This document shows, piece after piece, positions 47,167 to 56,730 of a stretch of DNA of 64,000 nt (positions are counted from its first letter, which is position 1; every line of letters starts with the position of its first letter). A program made the position numbers and the translations under genes. The notes under the pieces are model-generated. The model saw nothing but the letters and a program-made list of their open reading frames with translations. It was not told where the DNA came from and made no database searches. This DNA is from a bacterium (GTDB lineage: Bacteria; JAAXHH01), in contig CBDETH010000008.1 of the NCBI GenBank assembly GCA_965242885.1, positions 150,286-214,285 on the forward strand, read 5' to 3'.

Positions 47167-49242
47167 ATGTACAGCCACGATCCCCTGCCTCCCGTCGACC
47201 GCCGCAGGACCGAGATACGCCACCTGAACCTGCCATGCGAGTTCGTCGCGCCTACCACGAAGGAAGCCTGGGAGAAGCGCGCCCGGTCGCTCCGGGAGCA
47301 TATCCTGGTCAGCATGGGGCTCTGGCCGAACCCCGCCCGCAGCCCGTTGAACGCGGAGATCACCCACCGGGTCGAACGCGATGGGTACAGCATCGAGAAC
47401 GTCCGGTTCCAGAGTTTGCCGGGATTCTACGTGACCGGGAACCTGTACCGCCCCGCCGGGGACGGCTCTGGCGACGAAGGCTCCAGCGGCGACGACCGGT
47501 CCGGCGCCGACAGCCTCCGCCCGGCCATCCTGAATCCGCACGGCCACTGGAAGGAGGGCAGGCTAGCCCACGAGCCCGATGGGTCCATACCCGCCCGGTG
47601 CATCAATTTCGCCCTCCAGGGTTATGTGGCCTTCGCCTGGTCCATGGCCGGATACAACGACAGCACGCAACTCGCCCACCGGACCTTCGGCGACGACCGG
47701 AAGCAGCTCTGGGGACTCAGTCTCATGGGGCTGCAGCTCTGGAATAGCATGCGTTCCGTCGATTTCCTGCAGTCGCTGCCGGACGTGGACAACAGCCGCA
47801 TCGCCTGTACCGGGGCCTCGGGCGGCGGGACGCAAACCTTCATGCTCACCGCCGTGGACGACCGCGTTCGGGTTGCCGCGCCCGTGAACATGGTGTCGGC
47901 GCACATGCAGGGCGGATGCATCTGCGAGAACGGCCCCAATCTCCGCATCGAAACGAACAACATGGAGATCGCCGCCCTGGCCGCGCCGCGGCCGATGCTG
48001 CTGGTGTCCGCCACTGGGGACTGGACGGTCAATACGCCCGAGCTGGAGTACCCGGCCATCCGGGCGGTCTATGCGCTCTACGATGCGGAAGATTGCCTGG
48101 GACAGGTGCAGATCGACGCGGGCCATAACTACAATGCCGCCAGCAGGGAAGCCGTGTACGCCTGGTTCGGCCAGTGGATGCTGGAAAGCGAAAGCGCCGA
48201 TCGAATTTCGGAGCGGCCCGTCGAACCGGAACCGCCGAAATCGATGCTCGCGGTTACGGCCGAAAGCCGGCCGGAAGACTGGATCGACGAAGAGGGGTTG
48301 ACGGACGTATGGATCGATCGCGCCCGAAAGCAGCTCAATAAGATGAAGCCCTCCGACGCCAGGTCGCTGCGCAGGTTCCGGCAGGTCATGTCGGCCGGAT
48401 TCCGATCGATCATCGGATCGCCCGGCGCGGCCGACGGCGACCTGGTCGCGACCCACCTGGGCATGCACCGGGCCGGCACCTGTACGGTCCAATCGGGATT
48501 CATGGGATGGCGTAACGGCGGCGACCGGGTTCCCTTCACCGAATTCCGCCCGCCGGGCCCTCCCCGGGGCGCGGTCCTGGTGGTCCATCCCGATGGCGTG
48601 TCGGCGCTGACGCAGGACAACAGTCGGGATCCCGGTCCGCTTGTTCAGCAACTGCTGGGCAAGGGCCTGCTTGTCCTGTCGGCGGACGTCTTCCTCACGG
48701 GCCTGGCGGATAGTAAGCCGGCGGACCACGAACCTGCGGACGGTAAGCCGGCGGACAATGAGCCGGCGGACCGCGAGCAGGCCTCCGGGGAACACGCCTA
48801 CTTCACGACCTATAACCGGACCACGACCGCGAACCGCGTGCAGGACATTCTTTCGGCCGTCGCCTGGCTCCGGCGAACCGGCAGCGTTGCCTCGGTGTCC
48901 CTGGTCGGCATCGGTGCGGCCGGTCCGTGGTGCCTGCTGGCCTGCGGTCTTTCGCCCCACATCGACCGCGCCGTGATCGACGTCGACCGATTCGAGACGG
49001 ACAACGATGAGGCGTACGAAAACAGGCTGTTCATTCCGGTGCTGCGGCGCCTGGGCGGGCTGTCCGCGGCCGCGGCCCTCGCGACCCCGGCCGAGTTGTA
49101 TCTGCACCATACCGGCCACGCGTTTGAAATCGATGAAATAGAAGCCGCCTACCGTGCGGCGGACGCGCTGGACCGCCTCAGAACCCAGCGTACTCCCGCG
49201 GATATGCCCCAGGTTGTCGCGTGGATCGACGAAGGTCCATAG
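47167..49242 (+). CDS. Alpha/beta hydrolase (acetyl-xylan-esterase / dienelactone-hydrolase-like), two-lobed 691-aa protein
   Basis: GASGGG nucleophile elbow and AXE1-like N-terminal features. Confidence 0.55.
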   Translation: MYSHDPLPPVDRRRTEIRHLNLPCEFVAPTTKEAWEKRARSLREHILVSMGLWPNPARSPLNAEITHRVERDGYSIENVRFQSLPGFYVTGNLYRPAGDGSGDEGSSGDDRSGADSLRPAILNPHGHWKEGRLAHEPDGSIPARCINFALQGYVAFAWSMAGYNDSTQLAHRTFGDDRKQLWGLSLMGLQLWNSMRSVDFLQSLPDVDNSRIACTGASGGGTQTFMLTAVDDRVRVAAPVNMVSAHMQGGCICENGPNLRIETNNMEIAALAAPRPMLLVSATGDWTVNTPELEYPAIRAVYALYDAEDCLGQVQIDAGHNYNAASREAVYAWFGQWMLESESADRISERPVEPEPPKSMLAVTAESRPEDWIDEEGLTDVWIDRARKQLNKMKPSDARSLRRFRQVMSAGFRSIIGSPGAADGDLVATHLGMHRAGTCTVQSGFMGWRNGGDRVPFTEFRPPGPPRGAVLVVHPDGVSALTQDNSRDPGPLVQQLLGKGLLVLSADVFLTGLADSKPADHEPADGKPADNEPADREQASGEHAYFTTYNRTTTANRVQDILSAVAWLRRTGSVASVSLVGIGAAGPWCLLACGLSPHIDRAVIDVDRFETDNDEAYENRLFIPVLRRLGGLSAAAALATPAELYLHHTGHAFEIDEIEAAYRAADALDRLRTQRTPADMPQVVAWIDEGP

Positions 49243-49267
49243 TCGAATTGCCTGCGAAAGCAACGCG

Positions 49268-49339
49268 TGCCTGAATGGCGACCGAGCCCGCGCCTGAATG
49301 GCGACCGAGCCCGCGCCTGAATGGCGACCGAGCCCGAGT
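49268..49339. repeat. Three tandem 24-nt repeats (gcctgaatggcgaccgagcccgc) downstream of the esterase gene
   Basis: Direct reading. Confidence 0.8.
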
Positions 49340-49702
49340 GCCGGATTGTAGTTTTTTCTCCTCAAATATCAGAAAGCCCGTAACTCCCCCTGACGCAATA
49401 GTATACCGTCCGTCTGTCCGGTGAATGTCCCCCGCCCGCCCCCGAACGAGCCTCATCCAACAGCCGTTCCTCGCAACCCGTACGTTTACAATAACTTTCG
49501 GTTTTCTCGGCGCGCCGGCACCGGGCTAATGCGGATAATTTGCGCCAAATTCCCGGACTCTGTCGGAACAAAAAACCTGTTGACATATTCCGCTCTTAAC
49601 TAAACATTAGTTTTGTACATATTTCATAACTTTCAACCGTGCAGGATCCGAACATTCCTGCATGGTTTAGGCCGTCCGGAAGGACGGAGAAAGGCTTTTC
49701 TC

Positions 49703-50032
49703 ATGACCGTCTCCAACATTCCCCAGTGCTGCGGCCAGTCCATGTTTCTCGTGACCGGCGATCGTCCCTACTGGAACTGCCCGTTGTGCGGAAACCGGCT
49801 GGACCGGGAATGCACTGCCGTTTCATCGCGCGGGAACGGGTGCGAGCACCCGGATGAACCGGAATCCGGCGGAAATCGGGTCGAAAACCCCGAAGATGGG
49901 GCCACGGTTTCGGTTCCCGTTACGGACTTCGAGCCGAGGTGCTGGAAGTGCGGCCGCATGCTGGGCAAGTACATCTCCCGCCCCTGGAGCGTCCGGTGCC
50001 GCAGGTGCAAGGCAAACAACCAGGCACAATGA
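49703..50032 (+). CDS. Small Cys-rich zinc-ribbon protein
   Basis: Four CxxC pairs (CCGQ…CPLCGN…CWKCG…CRRC); AGGAcGGAGAAAGG RBS-like sequence upstream. Confidence 0.35.
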   Translation: MTVSNIPQCCGQSMFLVTGDRPYWNCPLCGNRLDRECTAVSSRGNGCEHPDEPESGGNRVENPEDGATVSVPVTDFEPRCWKCGRMLGKYISRPWSVRCRRCKANNQAQ

Positions 50033-50046
50033 AAGGAGCTAAGGCG

Positions 50047-50090
50047 ACCACTGCAGTAACGGCCACTGCAGTAACGGCCACTGCAGAAAA
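50047..50090. repeat. 15-nt x3 tandem repeat (ccactgcagtaacgg)
   Basis: Direct reading. Confidence 0.8.
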
Positions 50091-50124
50091 AAGGAAGCAA
50101 ATCGCGTTTTTTTGAAAAACCCGC

Positions 50125-50153
50125 TTGACAGATATGCTATACACACGTATAGT
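50125..50153 (+). promoter_or_regulatory. Near-consensus sigma70 promoter TTGACA-N17-TATAGT with an upstream T/A-rich UP-like element
   Basis: -35 at 50125-50130 and -10 at 50148-50153, read directly. Confidence 0.55.
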
Positions 50154-50194
50154 ACTGTCATGCTGCCCGTGCCAGGAGCGCGGGCGTCACTGAA

Positions 50195-50297
50195 AACCGC
50201 ATCAGAATACCCTCGCGTCCCTTAGCGGACCCGCACCCCGCGGACCTTCAAGCGTCCCCGTGCCACTTCTGATCCACCTACGGCACGGGGATTTTTT
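50195..50297 (+). promoter_or_regulatory. Conserved ~80-nt leader element (copy 1) ending in an intrinsic terminator (CCCCGTGCC–17 nt–GGCACGGGG plus T6) that abuts the ATG of the downstream gene
   Basis: Terminator stem read directly; the core 50195-50274 is ~95% identical to 57627-57707. Confidence 0.55.
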
Positions 50298-50648
50298 ATG
50301 TCCTTTCCCGACAAAACGATTCGCTCGAACACACGGCCGGCGGCGCGCCTGGAAGCACTACGCGACTGGGTGCTCGCCCGCTGCATCGCGCTTTTCACCG
50401 CTCTACCGGGCTCGAAGCATGAGCCGGAGAAAGTCAAAATGCCCGAAAACATCTCAGTCTGGATCGTCGTCATCGGCGTCCTGACAGCACTCTGGATTTT
50501 CATCTTCAAGTTCATCGCTCCCTTTGTCGACCGCATGACCATGCGCGAGGTCCGCCTGTCGAAGATCGAACGGGACATCGAGAACCTGACCGCCAAGATC
50601 GATCTGATCTACGAGGTCGTGCTCGACCGGCACAGGGAGCAGGAATGA
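50298..50648 (+). CDS. Small membrane protein (one TM plus C-terminal coiled coil; holin/spanin-like?)
   Basis: Hydrophobic stretch ISVWIVVIGVLTALWIFIF and heptad-like C-terminus. Confidence 0.4.
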   Translation: MSFPDKTIRSNTRPAARLEALRDWVLARCIALFTALPGSKHEPEKVKMPENISVWIVVIGVLTALWIFIFKFIAPFVDRMTMREVRLSKIERDIENLTAKIDLIYEVVLDRHREQE

Positions 50649-50751
50649 TGGGGCATCGGCAACCGTATCGTTCACCGCAGTACACAAAGGTCTTCCCTCT
50701 CCGAAGTCTGCGCCCCTCGACGCCGGGGAGGGAAGACAAGGAGGTTTACAC

Positions 50752-51132
50752 ATGAAATCATGGCCGTATTTCCCGAACCAGGTCCTTTCCTCGCCGGACA
50801 CCGGCCGGCACGAAATGGACGAGCGCTTCATGCTCCGGCTCGTGCTGCTGCGCCAGGAGCTCGGTTTCCCGCTCATCATCACCTCGGCGTACAGGTCGCC
50901 GGCGCACAACGCGAAGGTGGGGGGCCGTCCCCGTTCTGCGCACCAGGCCGGCCGGGCCGTGGACATCGCCATCTCGGGCGACAAGGCGCACCGGCTCGTT
51001 CGCATGGCGCTCCTATTCGGTTTCACCGGTATCGGCATCCGGCAGCGGGGAGACTTCCGAAGCCGCTACGTGCACCTCGACGATCTCGACAAGGCGCCGG
51101 GCATACCCCGTCCGGCAATATGGAGCTATTGA
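50752..51132 (+). CDS. Peptidase M15_3-family zinc D-Ala-D-Ala carboxypeptidase-fold protein (phage endolysin-like / YcbK-like)
   Basis: SAYRSPAHNAKVGG…SAHQAGRAVDI (H-x6-D) and a distal YVHLD His. Confidence 0.7.
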   Translation: MKSWPYFPNQVLSSPDTGRHEMDERFMLRLVLLRQELGFPLIITSAYRSPAHNAKVGGRPRSAHQAGRAVDIAISGDKAHRLVRMALLFGFTGIGIRQRGDFRSRYVHLDDLDKAPGIPRPAIWSY

Positions 51133-51181
51133 CCACCCGGAACGGACGAGGGTCCGGCCGGAAACACTCATCCACCAACGG

Positions 51182-54100
51182 ATGCACACCATGAAAGGAA
51201 ATGTCATGTTTCGCGTACTACTGACTCTTCTGCTGCTCGCGACCGGACCGGGACAGGCCGCGCGCGGGGCAGTGCCAGGGTCTCCCTTCGGCCCGGCGCC
51301 TCCGCAGAACCAGGCGCCGCAGACTGTGGACTACATCGACGTCGGGACGCTGTACGTCGGAGGCTCCTCGGCGAAGGTTAACGCTACCTCGTACTTTTCA
51401 GATCCCAACGGCGACACGCTCACCTATTCGGTGAACAACCCGAGTCCGGAGGTCGCCACGGTGAGCATCTCGGGAAGCACGGTCACGATCGCGCCCGTGG
51501 CTATCGGCACGACCGGCAAGATCGTCGTCACGGCCACGGACCCGGGCGGCCTGACTGCCACCCAGGACTTCACCGCCACGGTGGAGAACCCGCCGCCGTC
51601 TCAGCCGAACAGGGCGCCCACGGCCGTGGGGTCCATCTCCAATGTGACCTTGCAGGTCGGCGGTTCCTCGGCCACACGAAGCGTGTCGGGCAAGTTCTCC
51701 GATCCTGACGGCGACACGCTCACCTATTCGGTAAACGACCCGGACACATCCACCGTCACCGTAAGCATATCGGGAAGTACCGTCACGATCGCGCCCGTGG
51801 CCGCCGGCACGACCGGCAAGATCGTCGTCACGGCCACGGACCCGGGCGGCCTCACCGCTACCCAGGACTTTACCGCCACGGTGAGCAATCCGCCACCACC
51901 GCCTCTGACGCCGAACAGGGCGCCCACGGCCGTGGAGTCTATTGGAGATCGGACGCTGACAGTTGGCGGGAATCCTGCTACAGTCAATGTTTCAAGCTAT
52001 TTCTCCGATCCCGACGATGACACCCTCACTTACTCTGTGAATTCACCAACTCCGACCATAGCGACAGTGAGCATATCGGGAAGCACGATGACCATGACCC
52101 CGGTATCTGCCGGAACTACTGCCAGAATCATCGTTACTGCCGAGGATCCCGGTGGGTTGACCGCTACCCACGACTTCAACATCAAGGTCAACGGGCCCCC
52201 TGTAGCCTCAGGATCCATAGCACACCGGACAGTGGACGTGGGCGATAGCGCCTTCACCGTTGACGTTTCCGGCAAGTTCTCCGATCCCAATAGTGACATC
52301 CTCACCTTCTCCGCCTTGTCCTCGAACAAGGCCGCGGCAACGGTCAGCGAGTCGAGCGGGACCCTCACCGTCACACCGAAGACAGGCGGCACGACCACCA
52401 TCACCGTCACTGCGACTGACAGCGGTGGACTCTCGGCATCGTTGTCCTTCACCGTCAAGGTCAACCGAGAGCCCACAACGCGCGGCTCCCTGGCGAACCG
52501 GACGGTGGACGTGGGCGACAGCGCCTTCAGGGTGCCTGTATCCGGCAAGTTCTCCGATCCCGACGGCGACGATCTCGACTTCTCAGCGACGTCCTCCCCC
52601 ATGTCGGTGGCCACGGTCAGTGAGTCGAGCGGGACCGTTACCGTCACGCCGAAAGCCGGGGGCACTACCACCATCACCGTCACCGCGTCGGACGGCAGGC
52701 TTTCCGCGTCACTGACCTTTACCGTCACGGTCAACCGCGGGCCTACCACCACGGGTATACTCACGGATCGGACAGTCGATGTGGGCGACAGCGCCTTCGA
52801 CGTCGCGGTATCGGGCAAGTTCTCCGATCCCGACGGCGACGATCTCGACTTCTCAGCGACGTCCTCCCCCACGTCGGTGGCCACGGTCAGTGAGTCGAGC
52901 GGGACCGTTACCGTCACGCCGAAAGCCGGGGGCACCACCACCATCACCGTCACCGCGTCGGACGGCAGACTTTCCGCGTCGCTGACCTTTACCGTCACGG
53001 TCAACCGCGGGCCGACCACCACGGGTACACTGTCGAATCGGACCGTGAACCTGGGCGACAGCGCCTTCGACGTCGCGGTATCGGGCAAGTTCTCCGATCC
53101 CGACGGCGACGATCTCACCTATTCCGCCACGTCCTCCGCCACGACGGTGGCCACGGTCAGCGAGTCGAGCGGGACCGTTACCGTCATGCCGAAAGCCGGG
53201 GGCACCACCACCATCACCGTCACCGCGTCGGACGGCAGACTTTCCGCGTCACTGACTTTCACCGTTACCGTCAGCGTCTCCGGCATCGAAAATCAATCGC
53301 CGACAGTCTCATGGACTATTCCGGATCAACCTCTGGAGCGGAATGGTTCGGCCGGATCGGTAATCCTCTCGAGCAAGTTCTCGGATCCCGATAACGATGC
53401 CTTGACTTATTCGGCCACATCGTCGGACACATCGGTAGCAATGGTGAGCGTATCGGGCAGCGTATTGACGACCACCCCGGGCGTTAAAGGCTCTTCGACA
53501 ATCACGGTCATAGCGACGGACCCTGGAGGCTTGACCGCCTCGCAGACCTTCACGGCAACGGTGAGCCGCAAGCCAGTAACGAGCGGAACCATACCAAAGA
53601 TTATACTGGAGGAGACTGATCAGTCCCGTTCGATCGCCGTGGCAGTCTATTTTTCGGAACCCGACGGCGAAGCGCTCACCTATTCGGCGGTCTCGTCGAA
53701 TTCCGATATCGCGAGAACGAGTGTTACTGGTAACACGGTAACGGTCTCCAGGGTTTCTCCAGGAACCGGTGTGGTATGGGTTACAGCCACAGACCCCGGT
53801 GGCCTGACCGTTGTGCAGTCCATGACTATACTGGTAACGAACAGGGCTCCGGTGACGAAGACCAGTATCACGAACCAGACGCTCTACCTGAGCGATGACT
53901 TTAGAAGAGTCGATTTGTCCGGTATTTTCTCGGATCCGGACGGTCAGACGCTCGCCTTTACGGCTACCTCATCGGATACAGGTAAAGTGACGGTTTCAGC
54001 CGGAGGTTCCACCCTGCTGATCCGGCCCGTGACTCGCGGATCGACGACGGTTACCGTGCGGGCGACCGACCCGGGGAATCAATACGTCGAACAAACCTTC

Positions 54101-56641
54101 ACCGCCACTGTGGCCAATCAATACCCACAGACGGTAGAGCCAGCCATCGGAAACCAGACGCTGTACATGCTTGGCGGTTCCCGGATGATCAACGCAGTCC
54201 TTTATTTCTCCGATCCCGACGGCGACAAGCTTTCCTACAAGGTTACTTCTCCAAACCCGGAGATCGTCACTGTTAGTATTGCGAGCGGCACGGTCACGCT
54301 TACGCCGGTTTCTTTAGGACTAACGGGAAAGTTCCGCGTGACGGCTACGGATCCGAGCGGACTGACCGCCGACCAGGACTTCAATGTCACTGTCGTTGCC
54401 GGGTCTCCGCCGGCACCGACGAACCAGGTTCCCGTAGCTAACGGAACCATAGAGGTCGACAGCCTCTATCAGCTTGGCTCGTCTGTCGTAATCGATGTGA
54501 CGTCCTACTTCTCAGATCCCGATTCTACCGATGTTCTTGCCTATTCGGTTAGGTCTCAGGATCCGGGGATCGTGATCGTAAGTATATCCGGCAGTTCGGT
54601 CAAGATCACGCCGAAGGGGGCCGGAAAGACGGGCAAGATCGTAGTTACGGCCCGGGACCCGGCCGGACTCACCGTCGACCAGGAATTCGTTGTCACGGTC
54701 ATAGCCGGAGCCCCGCCGGTACCACCAAACCGCTATCCGATTGCCGTTGGAACCATAATAGTCGACACGTTGTACGTGGAAGGTCCCTCGATCAAGATCG
54801 ACGTGACTTCCTACTTCAACGACCCGGACGAAGACATACTCTCCTACTCGGCGATTTCCCATAGCCCTGCGATGGTCGAGGCGAGTGCGGTGGGTAGTGA
54901 GGTGACACTAAAACCAGTCATGGCTGGACCGACAGGTAAGATCGTAGTTACGGCCAGCGACCCGGACGGACTCACCGCCGACCAGGAATTCAACGTCACT
55001 GTATTGGCCGGCGCACCGCCGACGCCAACGAACCATGCACCTGAAATACGGGAATCGCTGACAAAATGGGTCGTGACGATTGGAGGAGGGACGGTGAAAT
55101 TAAACGTGGCACCGTACTTCCGAGACGTGGACAACGACTCGCTCACCTACCAACTCGATGCCCAGGGCGCGGGGAAAGCTACGTTGACCATCGCGGACAG
55201 CACCCTGTCTATCGAACCTCTGGCGTTGGGTACGACGGGCAAGAACCTGCTTCGTGCGGTCGATCCCGCCGGGCTCTTCGTCCAACAGGACTTCGTGGTC
55301 TTCGTGGTCACGAATCTAAGTCCCGATACCCTGAAGACCATTCCGGACGATACGCTCACGGTCGCAAAAGGATCGGTGAAGCTGGACCTGTCGACTTTCT
55401 TCTTCGACCCCGACCAGGACACGCTGATGTACACGGCGATATCGTCGAACACCGGTGCCGCGACCGTAAGCGTTACCAGCAACACGTTGACCATGACACC
55501 GGTGAAAAAGGACATGTCTTCGACGGTCACGGTCACTGCTTCCGATGGCGATCTGTCCGTGGCGCAGGAGTTCGAAGTTACAGTGAACAACTCGCGGCCT
55601 GAAGTGTTGGCGACCATTACCGACCAGACGTTGACCGCCGGAGACGAAGACAAGTCCGTAGACCTGTCGACCCATTTCTCCGACGCGGACGGGGACACGC
55701 TGTCCTACGCAGCCGTATCGTCCGACACCAGCGCCGTAACGGTTTCTGTCAGCGACGACTCGCTTGCCGTCAGGCCACGTGCGGTCGGATCATCGACTGT
55801 CGGAGTCACAGCTGCCGATGACGACAGCGCTTCCGTCACCCAGTCCTTCCAAGTCGCGGTAGGGGATGAGGATGAACCACCACCGCCCCCGGATTCCTGC
55901 CCGGCCGAAATCACGAACGCACCCATCCCGGACCAGACGCTGATCGTGGGCGCGGGCACGACGGAGATCGACCTGACGCAACACTTCGAAAACATCGATC
56001 AGGACGATATCGAAATCACGGTCAAGTCACCGAGTCCGGGTATTGCCACGGCGGCTATCGAGGGGACCAATCTGAAAATCGATCCGGTGGCGGCCGGCCA
56101 GATCGACACCGTGACGGTTACTATTTCGGATACGGCCGCTAGTGATCCATGCGATCCCGTGTCACTGTCGTTCATGGTCACGGTGGAGAATCCCGGTCTC
56201 TATCCCTGGTCGGTCTCCGGTGATCACGTCTACCGGCTTACCGGCAACGTGGGCATCGGCGTGGAAGTTCCGGACCAGAAACTCGTCGTGGACGGGACGA
56301 TAAAGGCGGAGGGGTACCGGCTGAGGATGATCCCTGCCGATTACGTGTTCGAGGAGGGGTACGACCTCCTGTCTCTGGATGAAGTGGCGTCGTATATCCA
56401 GAATCATGGTCACCTGCCCGGCGTGGCCTCGGGCGCGGAGATGAAGGCCAACGGCCTGGGCATCAGCCGGATGCAGACCACGCTCCTGGAGAAAATCGAG
56501 GAACTGTCGCTCTACATCATCGCGCAGCACGAACAGCTTCGTGTGCAGGGCGGCCGCCTCGCCGCGCAGCGGCAGAAGCTGGAGATTCAAAAGACGCAGG
56601 CAAGTAAGCTGGAGCAACGGCTCAGGAGATTGGAAAGATGA
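51182..56641 (+). CDS. Giant secreted protein: signal peptide, ~17 tandem cadherin-like/He_PIG Ig domains (DPDGDTLTYS… repeats), and a C-terminal tail-fibre-like domain plus coiled coil
   Basis: Repeated ~95-aa units with SDPDGD.LTYS, VTATDPGGLTA…F..TV; the C-terminus …GNVGIGVEVPDQKLVVDGTIKAEG… is followed by a heptad coiled coil. Confidence 0.7.
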   Translation: MHTMKGNVMFRVLLTLLLLATGPGQAARGAVPGSPFGPAPPQNQAPQTVDYIDVGTLYVGGSSAKVNATSYFSDPNGDTLTYSVNNPSPEVATVSISGSTVTIAPVAIGTTGKIVVTATDPGGLTATQDFTATVENPPPSQPNRAPTAVGSISNVTLQVGGSSATRSVSGKFSDPDGDTLTYSVNDPDTSTVTVSISGSTVTIAPVAAGTTGKIVVTATDPGGLTATQDFTATVSNPPPPPLTPNRAPTAVESIGDRTLTVGGNPATVNVSSYFSDPDDDTLTYSVNSPTPTIATVSISGSTMTMTPVSAGTTARIIVTAEDPGGLTATHDFNIKVNGPPVASGSIAHRTVDVGDSAFTVDVSGKFSDPNSDILTFSALSSNKAAATVSESSGTLTVTPKTGGTTTITVTATDSGGLSASLSFTVKVNREPTTRGSLANRTVDVGDSAFRVPVSGKFSDPDGDDLDFSATSSPMSVATVSESSGTVTVTPKAGGTTTITVTASDGRLSASLTFTVTVNRGPTTTGILTDRTVDVGDSAFDVAVSGKFSDPDGDDLDFSATSSPTSVATVSESSGTVTVTPKAGGTTTITVTASDGRLSASLTFTVTVNRGPTTTGTLSNRTVNLGDSAFDVAVSGKFSDPDGDDLTYSATSSATTVATVSESSGTVTVMPKAGGTTTITVTASDGRLSASLTFTVTVSVSGIENQSPTVSWTIPDQPLERNGSAGSVILSSKFSDPDNDALTYSATSSDTSVAMVSVSGSVLTTTPGVKGSSTITVIATDPGGLTASQTFTATVSRKPVTSGTIPKIILEETDQSRSIAVAVYFSEPDGEALTYSAVSSNSDIARTSVTGNTVTVSRVSPGTGVVWVTATDPGGLTVVQSMTILVTNRAPVTKTSITNQTLYLSDDFRRVDLSGIFSDPDGQTLAFTATSSDTGKVTVSAGGSTLLIRPVTRGSTTVTVRATDPGNQYVEQTFTATVANQYPQTVEPAIGNQTLYMLGGSRMINAVLYFSDPDGDKLSYKVTSPNPEIVTVSIASGTVTLTPVSLGLTGKFRVTATDPSGLTADQDFNVTVVAGSPPAPTNQVPVANGTIEVDSLYQLGSSVVIDVTSYFSDPDSTDVLAYSVRSQDPGIVIVSISGSSVKITPKGAGKTGKIVVTARDPAGLTVDQEFVVTVIAGAPPVPPNRYPIAVGTIIVDTLYVEGPSIKIDVTSYFNDPDEDILSYSAISHSPAMVEASAVGSEVTLKPVMAGPTGKIVVTASDPDGLTADQEFNVTVLAGAPPTPTNHAPEIRESLTKWVVTIGGGTVKLNVAPYFRDVDNDSLTYQLDAQGAGKATLTIADSTLSIEPLALGTTGKNLLRAVDPAGLFVQQDFVVFVVTNLSPDTLKTIPDDTLTVAKGSVKLDLSTFFFDPDQDTLMYTAISSNTGAATVSVTSNTLTMTPVKKDMSSTVTVTASDGDLSVAQEFEVTVNNSRPEVLATITDQTLTAGDEDKSVDLSTHFSDADGDTLSYAAVSSDTSAVTVSVSDDSLAVRPRAVGSSTVGVTAADDDSASVTQSFQVAVGDEDEPPPPPDSCPAEITNAPIPDQTLIVGAGTTEIDLTQHFENIDQDDIEITVKSPSPGIATAAIEGTNLKIDPVAAGQIDTVTVTISDTAASDPCDPVSLSFMVTVENPGLYPWSVSGDHVYRLTGNVGIGVEVPDQKLVVDGTIKAEGYRLRMIPADYVFEEGYDLLSLDEVASYIQNHGHLPGVASGAEMKANGLGISRMQTTLLEKIEELSLYIIAQHEQLRVQGGRLAAQRQKLEIQKTQASKLEQRLRRLER

Positions 56642-56730
56642 CATTTCGGCAGGATCCACATCCCGGGAACCGCAAAGCCCGGGAATCGCGAAGCACCAGG
56701 GTTTCCATTAACCGTAGAAAGGAGCAAGTC

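Noticed and set aside
50298-51132. Calling the small TM protein plus M15 peptidase a prophage lysis cassette
   Set aside because: No other phage structural or replication genes are present in the flanks. It is kept only as a hypothesis within the giant-protein locus finding
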